Assembly (NCBI GenBank): GCA_039621445.1
Contig: CP154954.1
Coordinates: 11,960,716-12,024,715 of the forward strand
Length of the DNA: 64,000 nucleotides
Source of the DNA: Euglena gracilis
Lineage: Eukaryota
Direction of reading: 5' to 3'
Below the pieces are notes generated by a model, which saw only the letters and a list, made by a program, of their open reading frames with translations, made no database searches and was not told the DNA's origin. Below are positions 58,601 to 64,000 of the stretch, in pieces (the first letter of the stretch is position 1; the number at the start of each line of letters is the position of its first letter). The translations under genes were made by a program, and so were the position numbers.

Positions 58601-61600
58601 CCCAGAAAACCCCAACTGTACTGCCGTCGCCCCAATGGTTAGGCAAACCAAAAAGGGGCCCTGGCGGGTCAAAAAACGCTCATTTTCAGCTCAAAAACAC
58701 TTTTTCCGGGTCCGGGTGGCCAAAAAACATGGTTTTGGGCGAAATTTTTTTTTCGATTTTTTTTTCGACTTTTTGGCCCGAAAACGGCTAAGTCGGACAG
58801 TGGGAAAAGTGTACAAAACGGCCATTTGGACCGAAAAACGGCCATATCTCGGCCCAGGCGCGGAGTTGGCCCAAACTGCGAACACCGGTGGATGGGGCGT
58901 CCCAAAGTTGTGGAATGAGGTACTCTTTACTTTTTCTCAACTCCCCAGCGTTTTCGAGATATTTTGAATTTTTCGATTTTTTGACCCCAAAATGACCCCC
59001 TGTTGCCGGTCCAACAAACTTTCTTTGAAAAAAAACGGTAGACAACTTTTTTGCTCCGGCCATATCTCCGGCCTGGCGTGGAGTTGCGGGCAAAGTGAGG
59101 GCTCTTGACAACCTAGGGGGGTGTTTCCCCCGCGACCCCCCCGCGACCCACCCTGCGACCCCCCCCGCGACCCCACCCTGAGCCCGATTCGGGTTTCCAA
59201 AAAGGACAAAAAAATTGCATTAATTAGGAATTTGCCGCTGAATTAGGAATCAAAAACATGAAAAATTGGTCCCAAATTCCTAATTGTACCTATTTTCAGA
59301 CCTAAATGGCTCGCAAATTCCTAATTGGGATCTAAATTTAGAGGATAGAATGACGTCACACAAGTCACGCATGACCTGTCGCGAAACCCATTTCCCCCCC
59401 GCGCCCCCTCCCCCGCGCCCCCCCCGCGACCCCCCCCCGCGACCCCAACACCCCCTAGGGACCCTCTCCTAACCTATAGGCTATTAACTTTTCGGGTCCG
59501 GAAATCAGGTCACATCGATAATCCGCGGGGGCCCGAGCCTACTCAGGGGGGGGGGGGGTGGTGTGTGTGGAGGTGTGTGGGGTTGGTTGTTGTGGGGGTG
59601 TTTTTTGGTTGTTGGTGTGTTGGGTGGGTTTGATGTATGTGGTGTGGTGGTTTTTTTTTGGTTTTGTTTTTGGTTGGTTGGCTTGTGTGTGTTGTGTGTT
59701 GTTTTGTGTTTTGTTTTTTTGTTTTTTTGTTGTTTGTGTGGGGGGGGTAAGCTTCGCTCTTACTCTAAAGAGATAAGAGCTCAGCGACCCAGGGTGTGAC
59801 GTAGAGCTGAGCTCTTTGGAAGACCACCCCGGCTCGGCGGCCCGGCCCGGCCGGCGGCCCGGCACGGCCCGGCCCGGCCGGCGGCCCGGCGCGGCCCGCC
59901 CGGTTTTGACCCAAAGTCAATGGGTTGGCGGCCCAAAACGGGGAGCTGGCGGGTCGAAAAACGTTCATTTTTGGCTCGAAAACACTTTTTTCGCGTCCGG
60001 GAGGTCAAAAAACATGGTTTTGGGCAAAATTTTTTTTGAATTTGTTTGACTTTTTGACCCAAAATTGGCCAAGTCCACCGGCCAGTGGGGCAGGTGGACC
60101 TGGGGGGGCCTGGGGGGGGGGGGGTCCGGGTCGGAAATTTTTTTTTCGCTCAAAAACACTTTTTTTGATGTTCTGAAGTGAAAGAAAGTATTTTTGAGCG
60201 AAAAAAATTTTTCAAAATTTTGGGTCCCGACCTGCCACCCGACCCCCCGTCGCCCAGCCGCCCTCACACCGCCCGCTGGGGTCCCCGAATACCCAAAACT
60301 GGCCCAAAATCGCACAACCAGACCCCGGGAACCCCAAAAAACGGTCAACCAACCCCCCCCCCCCCCCCCTCACCCCCTAACTAATGATTGACCCCTGGTT
60401 TGGGTCCCAACTCCCCGTCTAGCCCGAGATACGGCCAATTTACGGTTTCGGTCCCCGAAATGGCCAAAACTGGCAAAACGGGCCCAAAACCCCCAAAACG
60501 GCCGTATCTCGGGCTAGGCGAGGAGTTGGCCCAAACCGCGCATACCACAGGCTATTCACTTTGGGGGCCACGAAATCCAGTCACATCGATAATCCCGGGG
60601 TTTCCGGCCCTACCCAGGGGGGGGGGGGGCGGGGGGTGGGGGGCCCGTCGCCGGGGTGGTAAGCTTCGCTCTTACTCTAAAGAGATAAGAGCTCAGCGAC
60701 CAGGGTGTGACGTAGAGCTGAGCTCTTTGGGGGACCACTCCGGCCCGGCCCGCGAAAAACGCTCATTTTAGGCCCAAAAACATGTTTTCTGGGTCCGGGA
60801 GACCATAAAACATCGTTTTGGGCCAAAAAAATTTTCGCTTTTTTTCGACTTTTTTGACACGGTTTTGACCCAAAATCAATGGAGCTTTGGCAGGGGGGGG
60901 GTCCCGAGGTCAGTTTTTTTTGCAATTTTGGCACTTTTTGCTGTACTGTCTCAACACAGTGGGGGGGGAGGGTCCTGGGGGCCCAACTGTACTGCCAACC
61001 CCCCTCCGCAAAAATTGGCCAAAAACCGGCGCCGAAGGCGCCGGAAAATTTTTTAGGGCCTTTTTTGGGTCCAAAAAGGCCATTTTTGGTGTCAAAATTT
61101 TCATCTGTCTCGGACCGTTCGGCACCAGGGGGGGGGGTCCCAAAAATCCCAACTGTACAGGGGGGGGGGGGGGGGGGTCCCCAGAAAACCCCAACTGTAC
61201 TGCCGTCGCCCCAATGGTTAGGCAAACCAAAAAGGGGCCCTGGCGGGTCAAAAAACGCTCATTTTCAGCTCAAAAACACTTTTTCCGGGTCCGGGTGGCC
61301 AAAAAACATGGTTTTGGGCGAAAATTTTTTTTCGATTTTTTTTTCGACTTTTTGGCCCGAAAACGGCTAAGTCGGACAGTGGGAAAAGTGTACAAAACGG
61401 CCATTTGCACCGAAAAACGGCCATATCTCGGCCCAGGCGCGGAGTTGGCCCAAACTGCGAACACCGGTGGATGGGGCGTCCCAAAGTTGTGGAATGAGGT
61501 ACTCTTTACTTTTTCTCAACTCCCCAGCGTTTTCGAGATATTTTGAATTTTTCGATTTTTTGACCCCAAAAATGACCCCCTGTTGCCGGTCCAACAAACT

Positions 61601-63530
61601 TTCTTTGAAAAAAAACGGTAGACAACTTTTTTGCTCCGGCCATATCTCCGGCCTGGCGTGGAGTTGCGGGCAAAGTGAGGGCTCTTGACAACCTAGGGGG
61701 GTGTTTCCCCCGCGACCCCCCCGCGACCCCCCCTGCGACCCCCCCCGCGACCCCACCCTGAGCCCGATTCGGGTTTCCAAAAAGGACAAAAAAATTGCAT
61801 TAATTAGGAATTTGCCGCTGAATTAGGAATCAAAAACATGAAAAATTGGTCCCAAATTCCTAATTGTACCTATTTTCAGACCTAAATGGCTCGCAAATTC
61901 CTAATTGGGATCTAAATTTAGAGGATAGAATGACGTCACACAAGTCACGCATGACCTGTCGCGAAACCCATTTCCCCCCCGCGACCCCCCCCCCCGCCCC
62001 CCCCCCCCCCCCGCGACCCCAACACCCCCTAGGGACCCTCTCCTAACCTATAGGCTATTAACTTTTCGGGTCCGGAAATCAGGTCACATCGATAATCCGC
62101 GGGGGCCCGAGCCTCCTCAGGGGGGGGGGGGCGGGGGGGGTCAGGGGGGTTTGGGGGGGGGGGTGGTAAGCTTCGCTCTTACTCTAAAGAGATAAGAGCT
62201 CAGCGACCCAGGGTGTGACGTAGAGCTGAGCTCTTTGGAAGACCACCCCGGCTCGGCGGCCCGGCCCGGCCCGGCACGGCCCGGCCCGGCCGGCGGCCCG
62301 GGCGGGCCGGGCCGGGCAAAGTCAATGGGTTGGCGGCCCAAAACGGGGAGCTGGCGGGTCGAAAAACGTTCATTTTTGGCTCGAAAACACTTTTTTCGCG
62401 TCCGGGAGGTCAAAAAACATGGTTTTGGGCAAACTTTTTTTCGAATTTATTGAATTTGTTTGACTTTTTGACCCAAAATTGGCCAAGTCCACCGGCCAGT
62501 GGGGCAGGTGGACCTGGGGGGGCCCGGGGGGGGGTCCGGGTCGGAAAATTTTTTTTCGCTCAAAAACACTTTTTTTGATGTTCTGAAGTGAAAGAAAGTA
62601 TTTTTGAGCGAAAAAATTTTTTCAAAATTTTGGGTCCCGACCTGCCACCCGACCCCCCGTCGCCCAGCCGCCCTCACGCCGCCCGCTGGGGTCCCCGAAT
62701 ACCCAAAACTGGCCCAAAATCGCACAACCAGACCCCGGGAACCCCAAAAAACGGTCAACCCCTCCCCCCCCTGAACCTAATGATTGACCCCTGGTTTGGG
62801 TCCCAACTCCCCGTCTAGCCCGAGATACGGCCAATATACGGTTTCGGGCCCAAACAGGCCCGAAATGGCCAAAACTGGCCCAAAACCCCAAAACTCTCGG
62901 GCTAGGCGAGGAGTTGGCCCAAACCGCGCATACCGATCGATAGGGCGTCCAAAAGTTGTGGAGGGACGTCCTCTTTTCTTTTCCTCAACTCCACAGTGTT
63001 TTCGAGATATTTTGAATTTTTCGCTTTTTTGACCCCAGCCCGGCAGCCCTCGAACCCCTGCAGGGGTTCCCGAACATCCAAAAATGGCCCAAATTCGCAC
63101 AACCAGACCCCGGGAACCCCAAAAAACGGTCAAAACCCCCCTCTAAACCTAATGATTGACCCCCTGGTTTGGGTTCCAACTCCTCGTCTAGCCCGAGATA
63201 CGGGCAAATTACGGTTTCGGGCCCCAAATGGGCCCGAAACGGCCAGAACTGGCCAAACTGGCCCAAAACCACAAAACGGCCGTATCTCGGGCTAGGCGAG
63301 GAGTTGGCCCAAACCGCGCATACCGATCGATCGGGCGTCCCAAAGTTGTGGAATGAGGTACTCTTTACTTTTTCTCAACTCCACAGCGTTTTCGAGATAT
63401 TTTGAAATTATCGAATGACCCTGCAATTTTCCCGGAAAAAAAAACGGTAGACAACTTTTTTGCTCGGGCCATATCTCCGGACTGGCGGGGAGTTGCGGGT
63501 AAACTAAAGGCTCCTGAGATACTAGGGATC
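49630..63530. repeat. Complex satellite, unit about 2.45-2.6 kb, about 5.5 tandem copies
   Basis: Marker GCTTCGCTCTTACTCTAAAGAGATAAGAGCTCAGC at ~50600, 52125, 53043, 54590, 55508, 57065, 58079, 59751, 60663, 62170 (two per unit); units vary mainly in G/C homopolymer length. Confidence 0.95.
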
Positions 63531-64000
63531 GTCCCCTAACCTATGGGCTACCCTCACCCCCCCCCCCTAATTGCCCCCCCCCTAATTGGCTAATTGGGGG
63601 GTCCTTAAGGGAGGTCCATTAGCCAATTAGGGGGGGGGTTAGCCCAATTGGCCAATGGACGTTCCCTTGGCCTACTTTGGCCAATTTCGGCAAAGGCTCA
63701 GAAAACCTCCAAAAACGTCCGTTTCGAAAATGTGAAAAATTGCCGGATACGAAAAAGTCATGACCAATCCAAAAATGCACAAAAAATCGACCAATTTTGC
63801 ACACGTCAAAAAATATGGGGTCGGGGTCCTCGAGCCCCCCCCCCCCTAATTGTCCCCCCCCCTAATTGGCTAATTGGGGGTCTGAAGGAGCCCGGCCATT
63901 AGCCAAATAGGGGGGGGGGGTGAGGGTACCCTCCTCAAAGTGGCCACTTTCTTTTGGCGCCGAAGCAGAATTTGACCCCCCCCCCCAAATGTCCCGCTTC

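Noticed and set aside
59560-59745. G/T-only tract replacing a G-run in one satellite unit
   Set aside because: Unique low-complexity patch where other units have poly-G; likely a base-calling or consensus artefact, not telomere (no TTAGGG array)
49400-64000. Many 60-230 aa ORFs in the satellite
   Set aside because: Frames change with homopolymer length between units; Gly/Pro/Lys/Phe bias simply reflects base runs

Overview
Eukaryotic, gene-free, repeat-dense window made almost entirely of nested mobile elements followed by a large satellite. (1) 1-11215 and 20747-33521 are two closely related, slightly decayed copies of a Ty3/Gypsy chromodomain LTR retrotransposon (470-bp TG...CA LTRs, PBS, PPT). 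It carries two DNA methyltransferases, a Dam-like N6-adenine MTase (NPPF) and a C5-cytosine MTase (LDLFCG/PC/ENP), between gag and protease. A single in-frame TGA, conserved in both copies, separates them from gag. (2) 11216-20746 holds a LINE endonuclease relic and a decayed second Gypsy family with a homologous C5-MTase in a different position, after the protease. (3) 36949-47569 (minus strand) is a tyrosine-recombinase retrotransposon with split direct repeats and VIPER/TATE-like gag-YR-RT/RH order. Its 5' end encodes a cold-shock domain and a Dam-like MTase bracketed by two 2A-like (GDIxxNPGP) peptides. It sits inside a TIR MITE and is interrupted by two hAT-type insertions with 8-bp TSDs. 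(4) Three tRNA-like relics, a 19-bp palindromic minisatellite, and from about 49.6 kb a ~2.5-kb-unit satellite rich in hairpins and G-runs. VIPER/TATE-type gene order hints at a euglenozoan host, but this is inference only. All calls come from reading the sequence and ORF track by eye; no searches were run.
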